Shown here: one piece after another, positions 39,212-51,619 of the stretch
How positions within the stretch are numbered: position 1 is the stretch's first letter
How the letters are laid out: each line of letters starts with the position of its first letter
DNA from: the human T2T-CHM13v2.0 reference genome, Homo sapiens
Length of the DNA stretch: 64,000 bases
NCBI RefSeq assembly: GCF_009914755.1
Contig: NC_060941.1
Strand: one strand, 5' to 3'
Made by a program: the position numbers and the translations under genes
The notes under the pieces: model-generated
What the model was told of the DNA's origin: nothing
The model's database searches: none
Seen by the model: the letters and a program-made list of their open reading frames with translations, nothing else

Positions 39212-39750
39212 GCCTAATATAATGCTTAGATTTAGCATTTATGAATAAATGTAATTCTTATATAACCGATGAGAAAAATGTTAGAAAAATAAATAGCTAT
39301 AGAATATTCTCAGGAAAAAAAGAACTTCAAGAACGTTGGAACATTTCCTCTGTCCAGATATATGCAAAGCTACAGCTTTTACTATAGGGTGGTGTATAGG
39401 TTAGATGTCAGAGTGTAAAGCCAATTTTTTAATGTAGTCAAATTTATTAGTCTTTAATGCCTTTGAGTTTGTTGTAATTTGGAGACCGTCTTTTCCAATT
39501 CTGAGATGCTTAAAAATTCTCTAGTTATTTATGTTCTACATTCATGGATTCATTGTCTTCAAATAAACTTATGAAGTTTTGGGAATTTATGCTCTATGAG
39601 GTTTGAAGTTTCGATAGAATATTTTTTTCCAGTTGGATATCCACTTATGGCAATCTTTTCATTGTATACATGTATAGGTTATTTAATTTCAGAGAAAATC
39701 ATAATCTGTCATTTTATTGAGTGCTACTGAATGTTTCCTTTCTTACTTAG

Positions 39751-40695
39751 ATTTCTCATAGGCATCAGAAAGAAAAGGATCTCTTTCATGAAAATTGCAT
39801 GTTGCAGGAAGAAATTGCCTTGCTGAGACTGGAAATAGATACAATAAAAAATCAGAACAAGCAAAAGGAAAAGAAATATTTTGAGGACATTGAGGTTGTG
39901 AAAGAAAAGAATGATAACCTTCAAAAAATTATAAAACGAAATGAGGAAACATTAACAGAAACAATACTCCAGTACAGTGGACAGCTGAACAATCTGACAG
40001 CTGAGAACAAAATGCTCAATTCTGAACTGGAGAATGGGAAAGAGAACCAAGAAAGACTAGAAATAGAAATGGAATCATACCGTTGTAGACTGGCTGCTGC
40101 TGTACATGACTGTGATCAAAGTCAGACAGCAAGAGACCTAAAACTTGATTTCCAGAGAACAAGACAAGAGTGGGTTCGTTTACATGACAAAATGAAGGTT
40201 GATATGTCTGGCCTACAAGCTAAGAATGAGATTCTTTCTGAAAAACTTTCTAATGCTGAAAGTAAAATTAACAGCCTACAAATTCAGCTCCATAACACAA
40301 GAGATGCTCTTGGAAGAGAGAGTTTGATTTTGGAACGTGTGCAAAGAGACCTCAGCCAAACACAGTGTCAGAAGAAAGAAACTGAACAAATGTACCAAAG
40401 CAAACTGAAGAAATACATTGCCAAGCAGGAATCTGTAGAGGAGAGATTATCTCAACTACAAAGTGAAAATATGTTGCTTCGACAGCAACTGGATGATGTT
40501 CACAAGAAAGCTAACAGTCAAGAAAAGACAATCAGTACTATCCAAGACCAGTTTCATTCTGCTGCCAAAAATCTTCAAGCTGAGAGTGAAAAGCAGATTC
40601 TTTCACTACAAGAGAAGAACAAGGAGCTGATGGATGAATATAATCATTTAAAAGAAAGAATGGATCAATGTGAGAAAGAGAAAGCAGGAAGAAAA
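39751..40695 (+). CDS. CCDC144CP: CCDC144 large coiled-coil exon (945 nt, phase 0-0): ISHRHQKEK...EKAGRK
   Basis: ttacttag|ATT acceptor, AAA|gtaagt donor; ORF 39799-40770; E/K/Q/L-rich, ANKRD26-like coiled coil. Confidence 0.93.
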
Positions 40696-41261
40696 GTAAG
40701 TATTAAGAAAGATAAAATATTTTTCAACCTTCCTGAAAGAAAATGTAAAGTAATATTTGGTTATGGCTAAATGTTGTATCTAGTTGAATATAAAATGTAT
40801 AGATCATAAATGTATTTGCTGTATCAGCCTAGAAATGTACCAGTGAAAAAGAAGTTAAACCTGAAAGATGCTTTACTTTGCATAAAGAAATTGTGTCACC
40901 TATGAAATTTTAAGTTCAGTTACAGTGTTAATAGGTACAGACTAATACTCATGATGTAGTCTTATGCTGCTGAAATGATCATTGCAATGCCTTTATGTGG
41001 CCATGTTTTAATACCATGATGAAGCAGATAAACAGAAATGCTCATACCTGACATGAGTATTTTGAAATTAAGATTCAGTGGGGAGGGTTGCTTTGACCGT
41101 TAATTCCAGATTTCCCAGGTGAACTGAAGTATACTGCTGTATCTCATAATACTTTTCCTTCAGTAATTTTGTAATGTATTTAAGTTGGTATAATTTTATT
41201 TTTATTCATATCAATTTGACTTAAATCTGAGACGATTTCAGTCTCAAATTACTTGTTATGA

Positions 41262-41510
<249 letters not shown>

Positions 41511-42277
41511 TGAATTTCAGCAAAGCCATGTTACATTTAATCTTACCACTGGTATTTATCATTTACTTTGAATGTTTTTACAAAGAATTTGCTCATAATT
41601 TTCATTTCAAGGCTCACTGCCTATCATTCGGATATAACTGATAGTACAAAGGTAACTGTGGCTATCTGTGATTTATTTGTTTGGCATTGAGTCCCATTTT
41701 CAAACTAATCAGAAGTGGCAGGATTCACATATAGCAGGAATGGACTGAATCGGTGAGACAGTTGTAGGAGCTGAGATCAGGAGGGAGGTAGAGGCCAGGT
41801 TACCTAGGGCCTCAAAGGCCATTGGAATTTTACTTGTATTGTGAGATAGAAATCTTTTAGAAGGATCTGAGCAGGCAATTGAATATGCAAGGAACTCTGA
41901 GGTTGATTTGAGCTTCTAATAAAAAACAGAGAAAACATTTTACCAGTGTGGGATGTACCACCAGCAGCCCCACCCACGTATCAAATTCTTTTTGAGACTT
42001 CAGTAGGTTGTTAAGCACTGCAGATGTTTCAGGGAAGAGTGAGTAGTGGGCTGAATCTATTGCCTAAGTTAACAGAAAACCGATTTGGCAGGAAGATAAC
42101 ACCTTCTTTGTCCTTAACTAAATTCAGTAATAAACAAGAATGTGTGCACATGAGGAAAAGAAGGCGAATCATATATGTGTTGATGTTTTTCAAAGTATAT
42201 GAGTTAGAGTTAAATCTTACTACCATAATTTAATAATAAGGTGATTTATAAATCAGTAACAAAAAATACCTTCACAG

Positions 42278-42415
42278 GTAGTTATGAGAGAATTCCAGCA
42301 AGAATGGACCGATCTCCTAAAACAACAACCTACGTCAGAGGCTACCTCACGTTGTCACATTAATTTAGATGAGACACAGGATTCAAAGAAGAAATTGGGT
42401 CAAATCAGAAGTGAA
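42278..42415 (+). CDS. CCDC144CP: CCDC144 exon (138 nt, phase 0-0): VVMREFQQEWTDLLK...KKKLGQIRSE
   Basis: ttcacag|GTA acceptor, GAA|gtatgt donor; open; resembles recalled ANKRD26 VVVRQLQQELAD...KKKLGQIRNQ; not in ORF track. Confidence 0.8.
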
Positions 42416-43069
42416 GTATGTATGAAACATAACATGTCAACAGTTAATCTATAGGTGGTGAAATAATGTCAGATGTTTTAGGATACTGATTGCAGTGGAT
42501 AGCTTTCTTTTGTATTTTTATTATAATTCATTTTATTACAATTTAATTATCTTTATAATACACTTGTTTCTTACCATCTGGCTTTCATTCTGTCCTTTTC
42601 TCCTCATAAGTACATTTTAAAAATAAGGATCATTTCCAAAGATCCTTAGGAAAATTGGGAATTATTCAGTATTCCTCACAGAAGTTGAGAGGCTTTTTTT
42701 TTTTCCTGTGAAGTAGTATTTTTTTAGTGATTTCTCTATTGCCATGGTGAGGCAAGCCAGATTAAATTATAGGATAATGTTTAATAGAATGTTCCAGAAA
42801 ATTGTCTTATTTCTTATCTTTACTTTTGTGAATGGGTACAGAATCTGTGTATATTTATTTCATGAATTTCAGGATAACTGGTACAGAAAGGCCATAGTAC
42901 TGTTCTCCAAAATGCAAATGTTTTAATTTACAAACTACTTGAAATGTTAGGTACTTCCTTTATTTTCCTTTCATTTTAAATATATTGTGCTTTTTTACAA
43001 ATCATGTATAGTATGTACATCCAAAGTAGAGAATTAAGAGATATATCTAGATTCTACCACTGAATTTTT

Positions 43070-44520
43070 AAAAACAAGTTTACTGAGAGAGAATTCTCAT
43101 ACCATACAGTTTACCCATTGAACGTGTACAATTCATGGTCTCTTAATATATTCACAGAGTTGCATAACCATCACCATCATCAATTGTAGGACATTTTCAT
43201 GACCCTGAAAAGAATCAGCAATCTATTTTGTTTCCATAGATTAGCCCATTCTGGACACCACGTATCAATTGGATCACACAATGTGTGGTGGTCTTTTGTG
43301 ACTGGCTTCTTCTACTTAGCATAACATTTTTAAGGTTCATTGTGTTGTAACATGTATCAGTATTTAATTTCATCTTATTGCTGAGTAATTTTCCACTGTA
43401 TGGACATACCACTAATTTATTTAGCCATTCATCAGTTGATGGACCTTTGGGTTGTTTCCATGTTTTGGCTATTATTAATCATGCTGCTGTGAACTTTTAT
43501 TTACAAGTTTTTGTGTTTGTATATGTATTCCTTTCTCTTGGGTATATACATATGAGTTGAATTTCTGGGTCATATGGTAACACTATGCTTAACATTTTGA
43601 GGAGCTTCCAGTCTGCTTTCCAAAGTGGTTGCACCATTTTACATTCCCATCAGCATTGTATGAGGGTTCTAATTTCTCCACATCCTTGCCAACATTTTTC
43701 ATATTTTTGATTGAAAAAGGATTCCAACCTAGAGGTATGAAGTGGTACCTCATTGTGGTTTTGATTCACATTTCCCTAATGATGAATGACTTTAAGCCTC
43801 TTTTTATGTGCTTATGAGCCACTTGTATATCTTCTCTGGAGAAATATCTGTTCAAATCTTTTGCCCACATTAAAATTGGGTTGTCCTAAATTTCTGAATT
43901 TTAAGAGTTCTTTATATACCCTAGGTGTAAGTCCCTTATCAGATATGTTTCCAAATATTTTCAATGGCTTTCCTTTTTATTTTCTTTTTTATGATTTATT
44001 ATGTTTTTAAAATTTATATAATTTTAAATTGTAGAGAGAAGGTCTCACTATGTTGTCCAGGCTGGTTTTGAACTCCTGAGCTCAAGCAATCCTCCCACCT
44101 CGGCCTCCCAAGTGTTGGGATTATAGGTGTAAGCCACCATGCCCAGCCTCCTTTTCACTTTCTTGATGGTCTCTGTTCAAGCACAGAAGTTTCACATTTT
44201 GATGAAGTCCAGTTAATTTTTTGTTTGTTTGTTTTGCAGTCACAAAGATTTATGGCTATGTTTTCTTCTAGGAATTTTATAGTTCTTACATTTAGCGGTT
44301 CTATTTTGTTACTTTTAGATATGACATTTGGTGAAGTCCACCTTTATTCTTTTGCATGTGGATATACCGTTTTCCCAGAACCATTTGTTGAAAAATCTAT
44401 TCATTTCTCATTTAATTTTTTTTACACCTTTGTTGAAAATCAGTTGACCATAAAAGTGTGGGTTTGTTTTTGGATTCTCAGTTCTAATATATTGAGCTAT
44501 GTCTATCCTTATGCCAGTAG
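43070..44520 (-). mobile_element. L1MB-type 3' region with nested FLAM-like monomer (~44020-44148)
   Basis: Peptide MNLKNVMLSRRSQSQK and L1M 3'UTR motifs. Confidence 0.75.
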
Positions 44521-45894
44521 CAAATCACATTTTAGGAAAATTCATTTTCAGTCCTGTTGCTTATTACCAGTTGTCTTATGTAAGAATAGAAATTCAAGTA
44601 GTAGAATGTCTTTAATTTCACTTTTTGCTTCTTGAAGGAGTGTATGGCCAGCTTATGCCTTGCTGACTCCATGACATGATGAGAGTCAGGCTTATGAAGA
44701 CAGATCCCATTAATTTTTTTTCTCCAGTCATACCTTTTGTCTCTCACCCAGTGCCTCTCTCTTCATTCCCATTTCCATCAAATCTTGGTCACAGGATATG
44801 CTGACTCCGTCTACTATTTACTGCATTATGTTTTTATTAACTCATTGTAAGTCATAGAGTCATGTGTAGATTTTAACTATCTATGAAGGGCAAGATTAAG
44901 TCTAGGCTGTCATCTTTCCTCATTGGAAATTGAGCTAATTCATCATGTTGCAGTTTACAGTTAGATACTCTTTTGACCCAGCACCCGGTTCTCTTGTACA
45001 CTCCCGGAGCTGAATCCTCTTCTTGGCACAGATACTACATTCTCAGAAACCAGAGTTCCCTGCATTTACCTCCTTTTGCTTAAATAGAGATGCATAGCTA
45101 TGCTTTTATAGTTCAATACATAATTCATTGAATAAATACTTCAACCCATTCAAAGAACAACTTCCAGGAGTGCAGCAACTGGAAATCAGGTCATGTCCAG
45201 GCATTTATCAGAAACAAATGGTTGAATTAGTTGTATGAATTTCAAAATTTCAGAGCCAATTTGTATGATATGGAGAAGCATTTTGATACAACATAAAGAT
45301 GAGATGCTCTTCCCTTCTCCATACAAATGAGCTTGAAGTAAGGTAAAGGGGAAATTGCATTTAATAGCTTAACACTCAAAGGACACTACATTTTTACTTC
45401 TGAGATTGTTAAAACTGATTCCATAATATTTTGTTAATTTTCTCAGTGAGGAAATGGAAATGAAGATTGAATCCTAGATTGACTAATAAATATCCAAAGC
45501 TGCTTATCACTTTTAGAATTTCAGTTCATTGAAATCAGGTACAATGTCTGATTTTTGGTTATTAATCAAATATTTCTGGTTTTTTCAACTTTATACTTCA
45601 AATTATATATCTCCTTCGTTCTTCATCTTCCTTATTTCATAACTCGGGGGACAAATTCTAAAAGCCTCACTGGCTTAGTCATCAGAATTTGTAATCGAAA
45701 GGAACTTTTTCTAAACTTCCTCTGCAGTAGTTCTTACATCCTTCTCCTGGTTGTCTGCTGCTTCCCATTAGAGTTGTTTGTCATTAATAAATTAACCTCA
45801 ACATTTTTTAGATCTTACTTTAAAGGAGACTAATTTCTACTGGGTATGTTATTCTATTTCTTGTTGTCTCCTTGTTTAAATTTATTTTTCTGGT

Positions 45895-46320
45895 TATTTT
45901 TTCCTAACAAATTACCCAAAGTTGAGTGGCTAAGAACAACATTCGTTTAGTTCACCAATCTGTGGCTTGGGAAAACCTTGGCTGGGACAGCTTGCCTCTG
46001 CTCCCTTCAGCTTCACTTGGGATAAATCAAAGGCTGAGGGACTGGAATCATCTGAAGGTTTGTTCACTAAGATGTCTGTTGCTGATGGTGGCTATTGGTT
46101 GGAACTTTAGCTGGGGCAGGTTGCCCAAATATCTACATTGGAACTCCTAGGCTCTCTTTGTGGCCTAAGCTTCCTCACAACATGGGGGCTGGGGTCCAAG
46201 GGTGAGCAGTCTGCGGTAGAGAGCCTCTTCTAACTTAATGTTCGAAGCCACATGGTTATCACTTTTAACACTTTCTGTTCATTAGAAGCAAGTCACTAAG
46301 TTTCACCTATAGTCTATATA
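45895..46320 (-). mobile_element. Old MLT1-type LTR
   Basis: aacaaattacccaaag..agtggcta..ggactggaatcatctgaagg..gcttcctcacaacatgg. Confidence 0.55.
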
Positions 46321-46674
46321 TAGGATGAATGATTTTGCTTTTATTTTTATTGATGTATTTTTTTTTTAGACATGGTGTCTTATTATGTTACCCAGGCCGG
46401 CCTTGACCTCCATGTCTCAAGAATTCTTCCTGCCTCTGCCTCCCAAGTAGCTGAGACCACAGGAATGTGACACCACACCTGGCTTCCTTTGATTTTTTGT
46501 GGACCTGTATAATTGTACATATTTATGGTATACACAGTGATATTTTGATATGTGTAAACAATGTATAATGGTCAAATCAGGCTAATTAATATATTCCATC
46601 ACCTCAAACATTTACCATTTCTTTGTGTTGTGAACTTTCAAAATCCTCTCCTCTAGCTTTTTAAATATTAGCTA

Positions 46675-46824
<150 letters not shown>

Positions 46825-49459
46825 TCAAAAAAAAAAAAATATTAGTTAACCATATTCACCCTACAATGCAACAGAACACTAGAATTCATTCCTCCTATGT
46901 AACTGTAATCTTGTATCCATTAACCAGCCTCTCCCCATCTTCTACTCCCCTTTACCTTTCTCAGCCTCTAATACCCACAGTTCTACTCTCTACTTCCGTG
47001 AACGTTTTTTTAAATTTTAGCTCCCACATGAGTGAAAACATACAGTAGTTATTTTTCTGTGCTTGAATTATTTCACTTAGTGTCACTTAATGGCCTCATC
47101 CATGCTGTAAATGATATGATTTTATTCTTTTTTTATGGCTGAATAGTATTCCACTGTGGACATATACCACATTTTCTTTACTCATCAACCACATTGATCT
47201 GTTGATGAACATTTAGGTTGATTCTGTATCTTGGTTGTTGTGAATAGTGCTGCAATCAACATGGGAATACTGGTATCCCTTTGATACGCTGATTTTCTTT
47301 CTTTTGGATAAATACTTAGTAGTGGGATTGTTGGATCATATGACACTTCTATTTTTAGCTTTTTAAGAAACTTCCATGGTTATACTAGTTTACATTCCCT
47401 CCACGAGCATAAGAGTTTTCTTTTTCTCTCCAACCTCGCCAGGATTTTTTACTTCTGGTTTCTTTGTTTTTTGTTTTTTGATTTTTTTGATAGTAGCCAT
47501 TCTGTGGTGAGACGATATCTTATTTGGGATTTTGTTTTCATTTTCCTGTTAGTGATGTTGAGTACTTTTCCATACATTTGTGGACATTCGTATGTCTTCT
47601 TTTTAGAAATGTCTATTTAAATTCTTTCTCCACATTTCAGGGGGGATTATTAACAATTTTTACTGTTGAGTTGTTTGAGTTCCTGGCATATTCTAGATAT
47701 TAGACCTTTCTCAGATGAATAGATTTGTAAATATTTTCTCCCAGTCTACAATTGTTGGTTGTTTCCTTCACTTTGTTGATTGTTTCCTTTGCTGTGAAGA
47801 AACCTAATTTTAATATAGCTTTACTTATGTATTTTTGTTTTTATACCTGTGCTTTTTTTTGCATATGCCCGTGATAACTTAGCTATAAAATCTTTGCCTT
47901 GACCAATGTCCTGAAGCATTTTCCATATATTTTCTTGTAGTAGTTTTATAATTTTGGATCTCATGTTTAAGTCTTTAATCTATTTTGAGTTGATTTTTGT
48001 ATATGGTGAAAGATAGGGACCTGGTTTCATTCTTCTTTTTACAGATACCCACTTTTCCCAGCCCCATTTGTTGAAGAGAGGGTTCTTTCCCCAATGTATG
48101 TTTTTGATACTTTTGTTGAAAATCAGGTGTCTGTAAATATGTGGATTTATTTCTGCATTCTCTGTTCCATTGGTTTAATTTTCTATTTTTATACCAAGAC
48201 CTTGTTCTTTTGGTTACTGTAACCTTGTAATATATTTTGAAGTCAGGTGGAGTGATGCCTCCAGCTCTGTTCTTTTCCCTCAGGCTTGGCTTGTATAGTC
48301 TAGCTTTTTTGCAGTTCCATATGAATTTTAGGATTGTTTTTTCCATTTCTGTGAAGAGGGTTATTGGTGTTTTTTTGTTGCAAGTTATAAAGGGCATTTT
48401 ATTTTTATCTTATTCTTTCTCTTTCTTAACTTTCAGATTCAGGGAGTACATGTGCAGGTTTGTTACACAGGTATATTGCATAATGCTTAGGTTTAGGGTG
48501 CAGTTGAACCTATCACCCAGGTAATGAGCATAGTACCTGGCATGTCATTTTTCAATCATTGTCCAACCCAGTCCCCCTTCTTATAGTCCCCACTGTCTAT
48601 TGCTCCCATCTTTATGTCCATGTGTACCCAGTGTTTAGCTCCCACTTATAAGTGAGAACATGTAGTATTTGGTTTTCTGTTTCTGCATCAGTTTGCTTAG
48701 GATAATGGCCTCCAGCTGCATCCATGTTGCTGCAAAGGGCAGTATTTTGTTCTTTTTATAGTTGCATAGTATTCCATATTGTATATGTGCTACATTTTCT
48801 TAATCCAGTGCATCATTGATGAGCTTCTGGTTTTATTCCATATCTTTGCTATTGTGAATAGTGCTGCAGTGAACATTGGGTGCATGTGTCTTTTTGGTAG
48901 AATGATTTTTTGGTGGTGGGAAGTGGATATTTAACCAACTAATGGGATTGCTGGGTTGAATGGCAGTTCTACTTTTAGTTCCGTGAGAGAAACCTCCAAA
49001 CTGCTTTCCACAGTGGCTGAACGAATTTACCATTTTCTCCCAAAAGTGTATTAGAATTCCCTTTTTGCTGTAGCAGCTCTGCCAAAATCTGGGTTGTTGT
49101 TGCTTATTTTTTGACTTTTTAGTAATAGCCATTATGTCTGGTGTGAGATGGTATGTCATTGTGGCTTTGATTTGCTTTTCTCTGATGATCAGTGATGATG
49201 AGCATTTTTTCATATGTTTGCTCTCCACTTTTATGTCTTTTTTTGAGAAGTGTCTGTTAATGTATTTTGCCCGCTTTTATATATTTTTTTAAATTCTTGT
49301 TTGTTGATTTAAGTTCCTTATAGGTTCTGGATATTAGAACTTTGTTCAATGCATAGCTTGTAAATACATTCTTTCATTATTTAGGTTGCCTATTTAGTCT
49401 CTTGAATGGTTCCTTTTCCTATGCAGAAGCTCCTTTGTTTAACTAGGTCCCAATTTTTC

Positions 49460-51619
49460 TTTTCTTTTTTTTTTTTCTTTAACAAAATTTTTATTTAATA
49501 AATGGTTAAAATCGCAGTGCCAAAAATACATTCACATTTAGCAATTTCACTGAAAGGAAGAAACTACAGAATGCACGGTTTCAGAAAGCTATTTTAAGTT
49601 ATTTACAAATAAAGTATCTAAAACTCAAAAACAGGCTCTATATGCTATATCTCGTTTATCCCTTCCCGAACAAAATTTCTGTTATTTGGGCAAATTCTTA
49701 AACCATGGTTTAAACCGTAATGGTTACAAACCACAAACACATCCATCCAAAGACTGAAACCGTTTTTATCCGGTCAGTGGCAAAACTGTTGAAAGGGCAA
49801 TAGTTGAAGCTGTTGGGTTTTATATAGTGTGAACTCTGATAAATATTCCTACCAGGACTAAAACACAGCACACTTTGCAGGCATGGCTGACTCACAAAGG
49901 TTGTAACAAACAAGAACTACTCTTCACTCGACACCATGGCTCAGAGGCCAACGAGAAGCACGAGTGACTGACAGCTCCTCTGCTTACAAACGAATGAAAC
50001 CCAAAGTGGATGTCGTTCTCACAGCACTGAAAGTGCTTCAGGACTCACACTGATCCAATACTAACTTTCTTCCCTATTTTACACATATTTTTCTACTGTC
50101 CAGTGGAAATCATTTTCTGTTTTGGCTAAACAACAAATACTAGTTTATAACAGGAATGGTAAAATCTGTGAGAATTCTGCTCAATTTAATACAAGATCAC
50201 TACTTTCTTTAGAATGGTTTCTGCGTGTTTCTATGTCACCCTCTGTAGTTTTAGCTTCCAGTTTCCTGGTAAGGAATAAGTTCTCCTTCCCAGTCACACT
50301 CGGGGTCATTTACACGTTTCTGGGATGCCCTCGCTCGTCCATGGAGGCCAGGTGCGTGCAGTGACTCACTCTGCCTCTTCCCTCTTCTCAGGACCAGTTC
50401 CCGAACCTTCTGCCTTGCAGATCCTCCTGTTTCCGCCACACTCTAGCGCTCGGAAGTGAGCTCCTGGATCATACAGCTGCAAGGCTGGCCGGTCCTTGTT
50501 TGCCAGTCGCTCTTTTCTGGGTGCTGGACTGTCGTCACACCTCTGCGCTCTTCCCAGTCTCTCCATGGCCTCCCCCGGAGCCCCGCTGTCCTGGCTCCCC
50601 TTCTTCCCTCTGTCTTGGCCAGGTCCTTTCCCCCATCTCTGCTCATCCTCACTCCCTCTGGAAAGCCGGTCAGGCTCGTGGTGAGCTCTGTGCCTCCTGC
50701 CATCATCCACATGGTGTCTTTGTGCTTCAGATTCTTGTTCTTGAGATCTCTCCACATCCCTGTGCTCTTTATCACTGCCGCTGTGTGACGTCTCCTGGGG
50801 CTCCTCCAGCGAGCCTTCCACGGGCCTGGCTTTTACGACTGCACCGGGGGCACAGGATTCCTGCTTGCCACCTCCAGTATCAATCTCCTCTCCTCTTTCT
50901 TTTGGTTTCTCTGTGGTTGGTTCCTCTCCCTTTTCTGGTTTCTTAAGAAGCTTAATCCTTACTTCTTTCTCTGCAATTTTCTTCTGTTTATCTGTCTCTC
51001 TTTTTTTTTTTGCATCTTTCTTCTTCTCTTCTTCTTCTTTTTTCCTCTTCCCGCAAACGTTTCTTTTCTAACTCTCTCCTCCTCCGTTCTTCTCGCTTCT
51101 CTTCTCGAATTCTCTGCTTTTCTAATTTTCTATTTTTAATATATTCCAAAAGAGGTGTGGTTCTTCTAGCAATGAGCTCTCTTGTCTTCGCCTCCATCTC
51201 CCCCAGCAGAGTCTCAGGGTTGGCACTGGCCTTCTCTTCCTCCACACAGTAGGTTTCTAAAAACTTCTTATATTCTGGATCTTTGCTGTCAAGGAAGATA
51301 TATCCCATCAAAACGATCTCTAAAAAGAAGGATGTCATCAGGATTCCTAAAATTAATGTATGCTCTTGAGTAGAGATGAGGATAAAGACTCAGGTCGGCG
51401 GCGAAGAACTCGAAGTAGTCGTGTGCTGGCAACGGGCGCAGCTGCTCCTCCAGCTGCTCCTTGGTGAGGCCCGGAGGCAGGCGGCGGATGACCAGCTGCG
51501 GGGAGCGCGCGGCCGTTCCCACAGGGGCGGAGCGTGGACAAGGAGCTCAAAAGGCACCGCGTACCGCGCTGGGAGGCCCGGCCCCCGCCCCTCCCTCCTC
51601 TCCCTCCCCTCCCTCCCCT
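49460..51619 (-). pseudogene. UPF3AP2: UPF3A processed pseudogene (probably UPF3AP2; UPF3AP1 if host is CCDC144A)
   Basis: Minus-strand ORFs give UPF3A peptides (VIRRLPPGLTKEQLEEQL; DPEYKKFLETYC; DRPALQLYDPG..EKREEAE*, stop 50366-50368). Intronless across coding exons, 3'UTR with AATAAA (49490-49495), poly(A), exact 17-bp TSD ctaggtcccaatttttc (49443-49459, 51620-51636), frameshifts near 51305 and 51000. Confidence 0.93.

Noticed and set aside
42873-42950. Possible further fossil exon (ttcag|GATAAC..KMQ)
   Set aside because: Similarity to ANKRD26 is limited to a few residues; likely chance
50366-50821. 151-aa UPF3A C-terminal ORF as a functional retrogene
   Set aside because: Starts at GTG and follows two frameshifts; no support for translation from sequence alone
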